A DNA stretch of 64,000 bases from Moniliella sp. 'wahieum'. Lineage: Eukaryota. The stretch covers positions 1 through 64,000 of the forward strand of contig RSEE01000064.1 in the NCBI GenBank assembly GCA_003971905.1, in the 5' to 3' direction. Shown here piece by piece: positions 35,472-48,785 of the stretch. The translations under genes were made by a program, and so were the position numbers. A model generated the notes under the pieces. The model was not told the origin of the DNA, ran no database searches, and saw only the letters and a program-made list of their open reading frames with translations. Positions within the stretch are counted from its first letter, which is position 1; each line of letters begins with the position of its first letter.

Positions 35472-37911
35472 ATGTCTGTCCCGTCCAGCCCGCGCCCGGC
35501 CCCGCCTCCAGCACCGCCCCCCCCAGTGCCGCATACAGCCCCTCCTCCCCCACCCTTCCCGCCCGCCGCCTGCGCGACATGCACTCCGACTCCCCCGCCT
35601 CCCGCAGCGTGCGCCACCGCCGCCACGCCAGGCCAGCCGTGCGCATCCCTCTTGCCTTCCGTGCCCACAGCCCCGATTCCCTCGTTGCCCCGCAGCTCGC
35701 CGCCGCGTCGACGCGGTTGCCGTCCACGTCGCCATCACCCTCCCTCGTCGTCCCCTCCGCGATCGATGCGCTCCGACCCCTCTGCCGAAGAGGTGTCCAC
35801 GCTTGGCATGGGCAGTGGGGGGAGCAGGTTGGATTTGGCCGCCGAGGAAGATCGGTCGTACCTCGACCCTATGCCGCCGATGTTTCTCGCGCTGCGGTCT
35901 CGGGGGATGATTTGTCGCTTCCGCTGGGGTGCGGAACGGTTCGGGTAACGCCACCTCCTCCTCCCCTCGTCTTCGTCTTCCCCCTCGCCCTCATCCTCGC
36001 CCTCATCCACGTCCACGAAGCAGGACATCGTCGTCGCACTTTTTCCCGGTGCAGAGCACGCCTTCGTCTCCTGCCTTTTCGTCCCAACGCCCCAACAAGA
36101 GCTCGCGCCAGTCCCGGCACTTGGACAATGTGACGTTCGAATCCTCCGAATCCGAGTCGGACCAAGGAGGTGGCATGAGTGCGTTGTCCGCTTCCCCGAC
36201 CAAAGTGGACAGGAGGAATGAGGCGCCTCTCCTCCTTAGCTCCGAGTCGACGCGTACTGTCCAAACAAGGGTACCAAGCCAGCTCACCCGATCGCCCATT
36301 GACTTCCACTCGCTCTTCCTACCCGGCCTCGCATCTTCCCAATGGCTTGCCTGGCCGTACTTTGCACCATACCACGGACTCTCCCCTGCACGCTGCTCGT
36401 TCGTCTACCGCCCCGCTCTACCATTCCGCTTCTGCCTACTCCCAGCCAAGGGATGCGCCCCGTGCCTCCGTCTCCCCGGCCCTCCCCCAGCAGCGGGGCG
36501 ACGGGGGGGGACAAGTGCGTGAGACGAGGAGAGAAGACCTCCCTTCCAAACGGAGTGCGGTGGAAAGGGTAACACGTCTGCCTTCGATGCGCGGCCACGA
36601 CCGAGCCGCATCGCTAAACACGCTGCCGCTTCGTCCGATACGAGCAAGCACCTCGATGACGATGCGCCATACCCCCCATGCCTCTCATACCTCCCTGGCC
36701 TCCCTGACCTCCCTGGCCTCCCTGGCTTCCACCTCCCTTACGCATTCGAAGCCAGCACACCAACCCAGACACGCAGGTATGACCCCCTCGTTGACCATAC
36801 CGATCACATTTCGGCTAAGGAGCCTGCCCGTGAACGCGAGATGGACAGGGAAAGAGAGCGCGAAACTCACGCTGTCTCCCGGACAGGCTCGATTCTTCAT
36901 CGCCTGACCGACGCAGTCTTCCAAGCGGCTGGCACCCTCGCCCAGCCGGACGGGACCGAATGGCCTCGCGTCCGTCCGCTAACCACGCCCACGCAGAGGC
37001 ACACGCCCACCCCTCGCCCCTGCCTCTCCGAGCGGGAAAGGGGACGCACCTGCTCAACCTGGAGCACGTGGCAGCTCGAATGCCTGAAACGTATCCCGAG
37101 GAGGTGGCGCAGCCCTTGGCCGATGTGGCGCGCAGTGTGGTGGAGATGAACGGTCGCTGCAACGGGCGTTGCAGGGTGCGATTGAGGCGCAGGTGGACAG
37201 TTGCTCGCTGCCTGGCGAGGCTGGATGGGGACGATGGGTGGGCCAGCTGGCGTCGGTGGTACGGAGTAGTGACGACCAAGCGCGCACCTTGACGATGGCG
37301 CTGCATGCCCTCTTGGCGGACAAGGAGAAGGATCGTGATCAGGACCCTGCGCCGGCGGACACGACGCCCCAAGGCTTGGGCTTGGGCTTGGGTCTGGGTC
37401 TGGGGTTGGGCTTGATGTCGCGCACGCCAGTTCCATGTCGAGTCTGCCTCGACCGTGGGCCCAGCGATGGGACCCAGCGCGAGCGTCTCCGTCGCACGCC
37501 GACGTGCGCCGCGTCTCAGCCCGCTTACCACCGTGCCCCCGCCCCAGGCGCGTGAGGACTACGTCTCGTCCCAGCGCCTTGGTGGCGCACGAGCGGACTG
37601 GGAGCCATACCGCGGTGCCAGAGCGCAGCCTCTACCCTGCCACGACGAGAACGGCATGTTCGATCGGTATCGGAGATGCCCGTTGCGCAGGCAGAGGCGC
37701 ACGCGGCGTCGTTTCGTTCGCTTCGCGCCTGCGCATGCAGCCGCCGGGCGCGCCTGAGCTGGTCTCGCCGCAGTCCGAGTGGCGGATGCGGGCGCAAGCA
37801 CGGCGGGCGGGCGTGGCGGGGGCAGGCGAAGCGGAGGCTGCGGCCGACGCTGCGGGCGACGCGCAAGAAGCCGACGCAGACGAGCGGAGGATGCGGCGGC
37901 GGAGGGGTTAG
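35472..37911 (+). CDS. Hypothetical low-complexity S/P-rich protein (frameshifted)
   Basis: Overlapping long ORFs from MSVPSSP..., with S/R-rich and helical segments. No family recognised. Confidence 0.4.
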
Positions 37912-38502
37912 GGGCGTCGAGGAGCGGTGCGGGCGGCGTGCCGATGCATGGGGGCGACGGGCGGGCAGAGGGGCGGGTGCCGCGCACAGTGCTGCGGCGC
38001 GCACGCGAGGCGGCCCTGCCGCGGCGCTGCGGCGGAGTGGGCGCGAGGCGCACTGAGTCCTGAGTGTGGACGATACAAGCGATCGTCGCCGTCGATATTC
38101 CGTCGATAGTCCGTCGATAGTCCGTCGTCCGAGTCGCCGCTGAGACGATCGGTGCGGTCGATCGGCGTGGTCAGTTGGCCAGCGAGTAGCGCCGTCGGAG
38201 CACAGTGGCCATCCAGCAGGCCGCACACGCACGCTGACATAACCGCGCCCTGCCTCTATCGGTGCCATGTCGCAGCCCAGTATAGTACAGTACAGTCTCC
38301 CAGCCGCACAGGCCATGGCGACGCTGCCCGATAGCCGATAGCAGGCAGCCCCACCGCCACCCCCATCCCATCTCAGATCTCAGATGCCCACGCTGCGCAC
38401 CCGAGCAAGCGGCGAGCGCAGCACCGACGCCGCCCTCGCCGCCGCCGCGCCGCCGGCACCGCCGCGCTCGCCAGCCTGCCCGCCGCCGCCCCCGCCCCCG
38501 CC

Positions 38503-41500
38503 ATGCCCGCCGCCGCATCGCCCCGCCAGCGCCAGCGCACCCACCTCGCCGCCCTCGCGCTCCACCAGCACATCAGCCGCGCCCTCCGCCCCGGCGCCGG
38601 CCTCTGCTGCGACGTGTCCGTCGTCGCATTCGGGCGCGTGTACCGCCTGCACAAGCTCCTCCTCGTCCAGGCCGCCTTCTTCCATGCGCTCTTTGCCGCC
38701 CCCCAGCCCGCCGCCCGCCCCGCCCTGCTGCCCCTGCCCGACCCCAGCCTGTCGCGCCCCGCGTTCGAGTACTGCGTCGCCACCCTCTACGGCGCGCGCC
38801 GCCGCTCCACCTGCCCGTCTGGGCCAACCCACGCACCGACGCACCCCTCACCGCCGCCTTCCCCACCCGCCCCCACACCCACACCCGCCCCCCCGCGCCA
38901 AACCCCACACCCAGCCCGCCACCCCCCGCTTCCTCCTCTCCCTCGTCGCCACCAGCGCCTACCTCGGCCTGCCCAGCGTCACGCTCGCTCTCACGCTCAT
39001 CTGTGCCAGCATCACGCCCTACACCGCCGCCGCCTACCTCCGCTTCGCTGCCGGGCTCGGCATCGTGCCTCCCTCGGCTGCGCCGCCACAGCCCCCTCCC
39101 GCCGGACGAGCTGTTGCAGCCCCTGGCTGGATGGAGCCCCTCTCCACCGCATTCAATGTGTCTGCGACAAGCCCAACAGCAACAACTGCAACTGCCTGCC
39201 CTGCAACTGCAACTGCAACTGTCCCTGCCCCTGCCCCCGCAGCGACCATCCCCCCCCGTCCCCTCCTCTTCCACCGCCATCCCTTCCCCTATCCCCTCCC
39301 TCCCCCCGCGCCGAAAGCGGACGAGGATGACGAATCCCGTGGGCCACCCCTATTGTATGGGCCGTCGTGCCACAAGATTGGCCAGGCGGTGTGTGCTGGC
39401 TGTGTCGGTGGGGCAGCGATGTGCTAGAGTGGGAGATGCACTTGGCGTCCGGCCGCACTGAGACGGCAACGTCCGTACCGGGCACCATTCCGGGCACCAT
39501 ACCGGGTACCATACCCAGTACCATACCGAGTACCATACCGGGTACCGCGCCGTTCCTACCTTCGCCCCCGCATTCGCCGCTGGGCGGTGAGGTGGAGTTA
39601 CCGCGGTTGAGATCGCAGATACCCCGCTGCTCTCCCCTCGCGGGTCCTCGCCGCCCGCCTGCCACGCCCGGATGACGATGATGACGACGACCAAGCTTCC
39701 TCGTACGAGGTGGGCGACAGTAACTCCTCGGGCATCCGTGGCTCCCGCCCCGATTCGGCGTCTGGCTCGCTCTCCGGATCGGCCGAGGGCATCTTCCGCG
39801 CTCTGGGGGGACGGGAGACGCCCCCTTTTTCTTCCCTAGGAGAGCAAGATCAAGAGCTGGAGCGTGGACGTGAGCGGGAGCATGAACCAGAGCGAGAACT
39901 TGAACCCGAACTTGACCTTGAACCCGAGGAAGAAGTCGAGGCAGAGGCAGAACAGATCCAGGGCAAGAACATGAAGGAACGCTGGAGCCTGCGGCGCCGA
40001 TGCCGGTGGTATGGGCCTTCGACCCCGAGCTAGGTTTGCCGTCGTCGACCGTGCGCGACGTGATCTCGTCCGACTCGTTCTTTACCCTGACCGAGTGGAC
40101 GCGGTACAAATTTGCCCGGCAGGTGGTCGAGTTTCGTCGGGCCAACAAGGCGGAGTGGAAAGCGCAGGCACTTCCTCGATGGGGAGCCGAGTCGCCTGCC
40201 TGCCCGCGCGGGACGAGGAGACGGGCAAGACCAAAGTCGGGAGGCACAAAGTGCAACAGTCGATCCGACGACGGAAGAAGACGAGGATGAGAAAGAGTAC
40301 GCAGCCTTGTTTGCCACGGGCATCTACTACACCCATATGAGCTTTGAGGAGCTGAGCTCGATGGCCAACGACTTGTCACCCACCTCGTCCGAACTCTACA
40401 CGCCGGGAGAGTGTTACAGCGCGGGTTATGGGCGGGGATGGAACTGCGAACGCGGATCGAGGCATCTACCACGACCCAATCAACACATGAGGATCCGAGC
40501 GATTTGAACTTGGCTGCCACCCTTGCCTCCTTCCGCCCGACTGGGGAGCAATACAGGTCCTATTCCCCTTTGATGTCGCACTCGGCGGGGGCGTCCTAGC
40601 GCCCTGTCGCTCCGTACCCGAGCCAACAAGCGCTTTTTCCCCGTGCCTGAGGACGAAACAGTCAAGTTGGGCGACAACCTGAGCAGTTTGCTCGGCTTTT
40701 CCCAGGCGATCCGGGACCAACTGTCGCACTCCAAGGTGGACGTGGACGCGGTGTTGGCCGAGGCCGAGCCGATGCAGGCGACGGGCCTGGCGGCGTTGCG
40801 GGACTTGCATTCGCTACCGCTTCCGTTGGACCGTGAAGAGCTGGAAAGGGCGCCAACGTCGTTTGGCATTAGTGCGTGGTCGCTGACAGGGGCGGAGCTG
40901 GAGCGAAGGTGGGTGGAGACGTGGGTGCCGCGATCGTTGGGGGAGATGTGGGTGCCATTTGAGCCGATGCGAGTGGGTGTCGACTTTTGGGGGGTGGACA
41001 AGTTGCAAGAGCGCAGTCGGCTCTACTCTCCCACGTGGTTTTACGCTGGCAGTCTATGGAACTTGTATGTGGTCACGGCGCACAAACCCAAGGGTCCCCA
41101 GTTGGGCATCTACCTCCAGCGTCAAAATCCCAGCGACAACACCGCCTGCCTCGGCGCCGCCAGAGCAAGGGACAAACCGCGGGTCTGGGCGCCTTCGCTG
41201 GACCGCTTGTTAAGCGAAGGGTTGAATGTAGACCTCTCGGGCGACGGACCAAGTTGGACGCCCTCGGCCCGGCCAGCTATGCCCTACACCGATTCGCGCA
41301 AATCCATCCGTGCCTTTTTTTCCATCCACTGCCCCTCGCCCTTGGGCAACGCTTTGACCCGCTTCAGTTCGGGCCCGGACCAGTTCACCCTGTCCCAGTC
41401 GTGGGGGTGGAAATCCTCGTCGTTGCTCACCACGCTCAACTTGCCTGACGGTCGCTTGGAAGAAGCCAAACCCGATTGGGCCACCCGCTTCCGTTGTGTG

Positions 41501-41521
41501 TGCACCGTGGGCGTGGTCTAG
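38503..41521 (+). CDS. BTB/POZ protein, Btb2/germ-cell-less-like Cul3 adaptor
   Basis: DVSVVAFGRVYRLHKLLLVQAAFFHALF..SRPAFEYCVATLYG; ATPRFLLSLVATSAYL; C-terminal FYAGSLWNLYV..LGIYLQRQ..SQSWGWKSSSL..GVV*. Confidence 0.85.
39476..39546 (+). repeat. 12-bp tandem repeat (P-G/S-T-I, about 5 copies) inside the BTB gene
   Basis: ccgggcaccatt ccgggcaccata ccgggtaccata cccagtaccata ccgagtaccata. Confidence 0.8.
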
Positions 41522-42080
41522 CCTTTCGTGGTGGTCCGCAGGGGGTAGGCCGGTTAGGGGGAGCGATCACTAGGACTAGAGTGACTAGTGACCGCTGGGT
41601 CCAGAGGGAGGCTTTGAGGCCCCACAAGCGAGATGAATGAATATGTACCAAGTGAAACCGAGGTGATCGATCCGATGACCGGCGAGAGGGGTGAGGCGAT
41701 TCTGGCGAGTAGGCGAAGTAGTAGCACTTGTGCAAGTGAGGCCTTTGAAAAGAGGTGGTTCGGGCACAATCCCTGATCTCTGGTTGGCCGCAACAGCTGC
41801 CCGGTCGCTGCCATCGCTGGGGACTATAGTTGGAACGGCACTGGGCTCTCTCTACGTGAAGGTAAGAAGCTACGGAGACCAAACAGCCAACCTCGACGGA
41901 GTATAGAAAGCAACATCGAGCCAAACATTGGAATTCTTGCAGTACAACGGCCTCGAGAGCCTATCTAAATTCGAGTGAGAACCGTGAGGAGGGGGGAATG
42001 CGCCGATGAAAGGGATGAACAACAGGAAAGGGGGAGACCAGAACAAGTGCGAATAAACTGCTCACAATTAACAAGGCAGT

Positions 42081-44076
42081 TTAGTCCACCTCCTCGACCG
42101 ACGGGCCATCGTCCCCGCCGGCACCGGGAGCCGCACCGCCCGGGAAGCCGCCGGGGCTGCGCCGCCCGGCGCCCCGCGCCCGCATACAGCTTTTGCATAA
42201 TGGGGTTGGCAATTCCCTCGAGCTCCTTCTGCTTGTCGTCGTACTCGTCCTTGGAAGCTTCCTGCGAAGCGTCCAGCCACTCAATCGTCTCCGAGATGGC
42301 CTTGTCCAGCTTCTCCTTGTCGGCCGCATCAATCTTTTCCGACACACCTTGCTCGTTGAGCGAGTTGCGCAAGTTGTACGCGTACGACTCGAGCCCGTTC
42401 TTGGCGCTGATACGAGCCGAAGCAGCCTCGTCCTCTGCCTTGTACTTCCGCGTCGACACCATGCGTTCAATGTCTTCCTTCGACAGACGACCCTTGTCGT
42501 TGGTGATGGTGATCTTCTGCGACTTGCCCGACGACTTGTCGGCGGCCGAGACGTTGAGGATCGAGTGGCGTCCACGTCAAACGTAACCTCAATCTGGGGC
42601 ACGCACGCGGGGCAGCGGGATGCCAGACAGCTCAAACTTGCCAAGCAAGTTGTTGTCCTTGGTGCGGGCCCGCTCCCCCTCGTACACCGAATCAGCACAC
42701 CGGGCTGGTTGTCGGCGTAGGTCGAGAAGATCTCCGACTTCTTGGTAGGCACAGTGGTGTTGCGCTTGATGAGCGGCGTGAACACACCGCCGGCCCGTCT
42801 CGATACCCATCGACAGAGGGGCAACGTCGAGCAGCAGCAGGTCTTGGGTCTTCTCCGACGTGTCACCCGACAGGATGGCAGCCTGAACGGCAGCACCATA
42901 GGCGACAGCCTCGTCGGGGTTGATCGATTTGTTCAGCTCACGGCCGTGAAGAAGTCCGAGAGCAACTTCTGCACACGAGGGATACGGGTCGAACCACCAA
43001 CCAGAACAAATCGTTCACTGACCCTTGTCAATCTTGGCGTCACGGAGGACCTTCTCGACAGGATCGATAGTATGGCTGAAACAGGTCACCGCACAGCTCC
43101 TCGAAACGGGCACGGTGATCGAGGTGTAGAAGTCAATGCCTTCGTAGAGCGAGTCAATCTCGACCGTGGTCTGGGCGGCCGAGGAGAGGGTGCGCTTCGC
43201 ACGCTCGCATGCAGTGCGGAGACGGCGAAGGGCACGGGCATTGGAAGTGAGATCCTTCTTGTTCTTGCGCTTGAATTCCTGGACAAAGTGGTTGACAAGA
43301 CGGTTGTCAAAGTCCTCACCGCCCAAGTGGGTGTCACCCGCAGTGGCCTTGACTTCAAAAATGCCCTCCTCAATGGTCAGCAGCGACACATCAAAGGTAC
43401 CACCACCCAGGTCAAAGATGAGCACGTCGCGCTCCCCGTCAGTCTTCTTGTCGAGACCGTAGGCAATGGCAGCGGCCGTGGGCTCGTTGATGATGCGCAT
43501 CACATTGAGACCAGCAATAACGCCAGCGTCCTTGGTAGCTTGGCGCTGCGAGTCGTTAAAGTAAGCGGGCACAGTAACTACACCGTCCTTAACGTCGCCG
43601 CCGAGGTAGGCCTCGGCCGTCTCGCGCATCTTGAGTAGCACCATCGACGAGATTTCTTCCGGGGTAAACTTCTTCGTCTCACCCTTGTATTCCACCTCGA
43701 TCACAGGCTTGCCGCCCACGTCAACAACCTTAAAGGGCCAGTGCTTCATGTCGGACTGCACTTCTGGGTCGGCGAATTTGCGGCCAATGAGACGCTTGGC
43801 GTCAAACACCGTGTTGTGCGGGTTCATGGCCGTCTGGTTCTTGGCGGCATCGCCAATGAGGCGCTCCGAATCGTTAAAGGCAACATAGGAGGGGGTGGTG
43901 CGGTTGCCCTGGTCGTTGGCAATCACCTCAACGCGGTCGTTCTGCCAGACGGCGACGCAGGAGTAGGTGGTGCCGAGATCAATACCAACCCTGGCGGAAG
44001 GCAAAGAGAAGGAGGTCAGCACCGGGGGTCTTGTGTCGGGGGGGAGGGCGGGGGAGGAGGCACATACCTTGGTCAT
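42081..44076 (-). CDS. HSP70: Cytosolic Hsp70, SSA type
   Basis: [37 protein letters not shown] and C-terminal GPSVEEVD*. Intron at about 43991-44067 after MTK. Confidence 0.98.
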
Positions 44077-44420
44077 GGTGGGCAAAGGAGAATAGCGTGG
44101 GGAGGGGTGAGGATGGGACAGATGGAGGCGAGGCTGGGGCTGAGGTCGACATTTAAACCCATGGCCAATGCGCACGCTGCACAAGCAGGCGGCCGTGCGG
44201 GCACACTGGCTCCGTGCGCTCCCGCAGCGGGCGGCGCAGGGGCAGTGTGCTGTGGCTCTCCCCTCCGCAGTCCAGCGAGACACACAGAAATAGAGCGAAG
44301 CGCAGCGAACCAGCAGCCGCAGGCACGGGCGCAGTGCTCGCACGCGTACACTGCCTCCACGCCCGAGGCGTGGCTGGCTGCGTCCGTCTCCCCCGCATCC
44401 CGTCTGGCAGCGTCCCTTGC

Positions 44421-44437
44421 AGATGCTTCGCGAAGCA
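44421..44437. promoter_or_regulatory. Possible heat-shock element upstream of HSP70
   Basis: aGATgcTTCgcGAAgca, alternating nGAAn-like units that include the 14-bp palindrome TGCTTCGCGAAGCA, about 350 bp upstream of the ATG. Confidence 0.35.
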
Positions 44438-44634
44438 CCGACGTCATTCGGCAGACATCACATTCGCATCACCTCACATCACCCATCCATCCCTCCTGCG
44501 CCTCAGCACACCAACGCTCCGCCGCACGCCCAGCTGGTAACCCTACCGCTGGGGAACCTCTGAACTCACAGATCTAAACGCTTATGTACGCGGCGCCCAT
44601 TAATATTTACCCCGCCCTTCTCTCTCTACTGCAA

Positions 44635-44666
44635 ATCCATCCATCCATCCATCCATCCATCCATCC
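44635..44666 (+). repeat. (ATCC)n microsatellite
   Basis: atccatccatcc..., about 8 units. Confidence 0.9.
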
Positions 44667-44740
44667 CTCATCATTAAAGCATAGCATTGCGCCTCCACCT
44701 CCTCCTCCTCTTCTCACCAGCCACACCGCATCACACCCCA

Positions 44741-46987
44741 TCACGCCGATGGCGCATGCCGCTTGGCCGGCCTCTCGTCCGTCGTCGCCACAGGCTCCTC
44801 GGGCGGCCCCACCGGCACCCCCGACGCAGCCGCATCCGCAAACGGATCGTACTCCTCCTCGGCCTCCTGCGTAGCCTCCGGGTCGTATTCTGCCTCGGGG
44901 TCGTACGGCGTCTCGTCCTCCTCCTGCTCTGCTGGCGCCGCCTCGTCGGCTACCCCTGGTGCTTCCACGCGCGCAGCCGGCGCCTGTGCCCCCCGTCCTG
45001 GCCGTCTCGGCGTCGCGCCCCGCCTCGCTGCTGGCGGTGGGGAGCAGGGGCGTGTCGGGCGTGCCTGGGGTAGAAGCGGAACTGAAAGCGAGTTGGCTCG
45101 CCTGATCGTCGGCCTCCAAGTCGGACCGGCTGCGCTTGCGCCCCAAGCCCAGCGACTCGGATTTCAGTCGCTCCACCGGGTCCGACGGGGTGGCGCCGCC
45201 GAGCCTGAGACGCTCGAGGTCCGGTGTGGCCTCGCGCAGCTCGGGCGTCGCGTCGCGCTGCACGGTCGAATTGAGCGTGCGCTGGGAAAAGTCGCAGGTG
45301 GCATGGAGGTAGACGCCGTGCCGTTCGACGGCATTGTACCACACCCATTCCTCCTCGTCTTCATTGTACTCGGACTTGAATCGTTCCTTGCAGATCACGC
45401 AAGGCGTTGCCGCCACCGCTGGGTCCGAGGGGGCCGGGACAAACTTGCGGCGCAACTCGGCCTCCTTCTCGGCTGTCAATCCCTCTTCCTCCCGCCGCTT
45501 TGGCCCATCCCTTCGTCCTCTGCGCCCCCCGTCACATACTCCTCCAAACGAGGGAACCACATGCGCGACTGGCCCCGTGCAATGGATTCCTTGACTGCTT
45601 TGTTCTGGCGGAAGTGCCAGTCCAGGTGTTGGCGCATGCTCTCCTTGCCCTCTGCTCGGTCGGGGAAGCGACGCCCGCATTGCTTGCACGGAAACGGCAA
45701 CTCCTCCTGACAAATCTGCACGATGGTGGGCAAGGCGGACGCAAGATCCTGGCTACTCCACCCCAGCTTCATCCCCATCACTTCGCGTGCATACTGCTCA
45801 TCCTGCTCCTCGGGCACAGGGGAAAGGTAACTGCACTGGCACCTGCACCCACGGGGGTAGCTTGCACTGCTGGTGCCATAGGAGGTGTAGGGGAATTGGA
45901 TACCTTGGCCAACAGACCTGACTGTAGCAGCTTGGCAAACAGGTCAGTAGCTGGCACAGCCGTGGCTGGCGGGGCGCTGATTGTCGGGGTGCCTCCTGTG
46001 GGGGCTGGGGCGCTACGGGCGCTGGGGGTGCTGGAGCAAGGAGAGGGGTGCCGCCTTGCACAGGCAGAGGGGAATGGACAGCAACAGGGTGCTGAGATGG
46101 CGGGGGTGTACCAAGCCCCATCATAGGCGGGGTGGTGCTAGCGGGAGGACAACTCTTTTCCAATGCAGCAATTTGTACCTCAATCTTGCTCAAATCACTA
46201 GGCGATACAGCGCCAGTTTGGACGACCTGCTTAAGTCCCATCAGCGCATCAACACGAAGAGGCAAGTCTTTGTTGTTTGGGTCCGAAGCCAGCTGCGTTT
46301 GAGCCCAGTGGATCTGGTCGTCAATGCGCTGGGGAAGAGGACGTTGCAAGGCATGGGCCGCACTTGCTGCGTACCCTTCAGCCGGGCGGGGAGACGCAAG
46401 CGCCTCCACTTCAGCCTGGACTCTGGGCCAAACAGTGGACCACCATTCGCTCCAGCATTGCGCCAGGTCAAGGCCATGTCGGCCATCTGGCGCTTTACCT
46501 GGGCATCAACAAGCGCATACGTCTCGGTAAAGAGGCGGAGCATATGCGGCGCCCACATACTCGGATACGGTTCGCCGGCATTTTTGCAGATCGAGTCGAG
46601 GAGATAGAAAGCGGGGAGACGGAAGGGCGGGGGAGCCTACGAAAGCAAGGAGGGTCAGAGAAAGGAGGAGGGAGGCGCAACAAGACACGGCCCAGCGGAA
46701 GGCAAGCGTACATTGGAGATATGGGCATCGAGGGCCTGGCCCACGACGGGCGCCATGGCGAGTTTGTTGCGGACAGCAAGGTCGGTGAGGTAGCTGATGA
46801 TGTCCTTGCTGTTGAAGGTGAGCGTTTGGAGCTGGTCGTGGAAGAAGGCATCGAAGGCGTTTGGGTCGCGGGCAATCAGAGCCATGTCGATGGGCGGGGG
46901 CGGGGGCAGGGGCAGGGCTGGCGGCAGGGGATAGGCGTAGGGCGGAGCACCATAAGGGGCCGGCGGGGGGGCAAAGGAGCCGTACAT
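44741..46987 (-). CDS. PCF11: mRNA 3'-end processing factor Pcf11
   Basis: CID domain LQTLTFNSKDII..LPAFYLLDSICKN. Zn fingers CKQCGRRF..HLDWHFRQN and CVICKERF..EEWVWYNAV..HATC. Confidence 0.93.
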
Positions 46988-47643
46988 GGCGTCGGACGAG
47001 GGGGACGGCTAGGCGGGGGGGGGGCAGGGGCAGGGCAGGGCAGGGCAGGGGCAGGCAGGAGGCAGTCTGACACGGGCGCTGTGCGGGCTATGGGCGCCGG
47101 GGAGCTCAAGCAAGGATGGGCGCTGCGGACAGCAAGCAGGCGCGCGGCAGACGGTCGCTCGGATGGGAGACGCACTCCACGTTCAGCAGTTCAGCCGGCA
47201 GGCGGGGCGAAGCACACGGCGTTCAGCACGGCTCAGACACACGTTTCCTTCTGCTCTCGGCTGCCAAATCCAGCTGCCAACAAAAGCGCAGCGCTGAGCA
47301 ACAACAGAACAAGACGAGACGACAATGGACGATGATGGTGGCCGTCCCCCAACGCCGCAGGCGCCCGCAGGCCGGAAACGACGCCCCCAACCCTAGCGCA
47401 CGCATCCAACCCTAGTGCATCCGCTGGCGGAACGGCACTGGCCCCGTGCCCGCCGGCGCGTGTCGAACTTCGGCTTTGCTTCCGCTGCGCCTGCTGACCT
47501 CAGCACCTTCGGTGCAACGCGTGGGCCTTCTTGCGGGCCCTGTGGGCCGCCGCTTCGCTCGCTTCTCGGCCGCGGGAAGCGGCGGCTGGCTCTCTCTTCT
47601 TCTCTCTCTCTGTGGCTCAACCGACGCGACGAGAAGCAGAAGC

Positions 47644-48785
47644 ATGCTCGCCGTCGCCCTCCGTCTCGGCGCCCGCCGTGCCGCCTCTGGCGCCGCCGCC
47701 CAGCCCCTCGCCCTCGCCCGCCTTGCTGACGTGCGCGCCAAGCACTCCGACGCCAAGGACCCCCCGCTCCCCGCCCAGCCCGGCGAAAAATTCCCGGTCA
47801 AGCTGCCGGAGAATGCGACGCCGGAGCAGGTGCAGAAATGCGCGACATGGAATCCCAGTTCTCCGAGCGCTTCATCAAGTCTGGCCGCTATGCGCTGGGC
47901 AACTTCCTCCCCCAAAACGTCAAGATCGCACCCACCTCGCCCTTGCCGCGTCAGGTGCCGCTGCCGATCCGGAAGAACATCAAGGTGCGCCGCACGGGCA
48001 AGAGCCGGTGGAACAACTTTATGACCCCGCGCCCCAATGGCGACGGCACCTCCACCGTGCCCATTGAGAACTCGACGCGGGGTCGTGTGCCGCGGCCGCA
48101 GCTCGGCACCAAGCCCCTGATTATGCCCATGAAGCCGGCGGCGCATGCCTTGGCCGAGACCGAGACGCCGCACAATGTGGTGGAGCTGGTGAAACGGTAC
48201 CCCCGTCACCCGCTGCTCAAGTTTTTCGACTTGATCCCGGTGAGTGAAGCAGAACACTCGATCAAGTACCGCGGCCCTGTGAACAAGGAGAACGACGAGG
48301 CACACAAGGAAGAGTACGGCAACATTGTCGTCCCGGTTACGCTGCACGAGGGTATGCTGGGCCGCGACCCGTCCTACCGCGCGTGGGAGACGTCCGAGTT
48401 GCGTCTCAAGTCGTCGTTTGAACTGCACCAGCTGTGGTACATGTGCGTGTTTGAACGCAACAAGCTGTCCTCTGCATGGGCCGAAGTGCGGCGGTTAGAG
48501 ATGCGGGAGATGATGGAGCTGGGTCAGCAGAACATCACCTACCGCCTCTACAAGCTGCGCTGGACTCAACGACGGATCAAGAGGGTTCTTCTCGAACGGT
48601 CCGAAGCGCTTCAGGACGCACAAGCTATGGAGAAGGCCAAGCGCCGCCAGTTGGAGCGCGAGACGATGGAGGAGGCGGAGGCGGAGGCACCCAGGCGTGG
48701 TCGCCAGTACCGTCGCCGTGCCGACGAGCCCCCGCAAGGATCGTTTGAGAGCACAACAGAGGCGCCCGCTCAACCTCAGGCTTAG
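47644..48785 (+). CDS. MRPL4: Mitochondrial ribosomal protein uL29m (MRPL4/MRPL47)
   Basis: Ala/Arg-rich transit peptide; RAWETSELRLKSSFELHQLWYMCVFERNKL..IKRVLLER. Confidence 0.88.

Noticed and set aside
42742..44577. Long plus-strand ORFs opposite HSP70 (similarly opposite RPL10, PCF11 and TMEM33)
   Set aside because: Antisense shadow ORFs caused by GC-rich codon bias.
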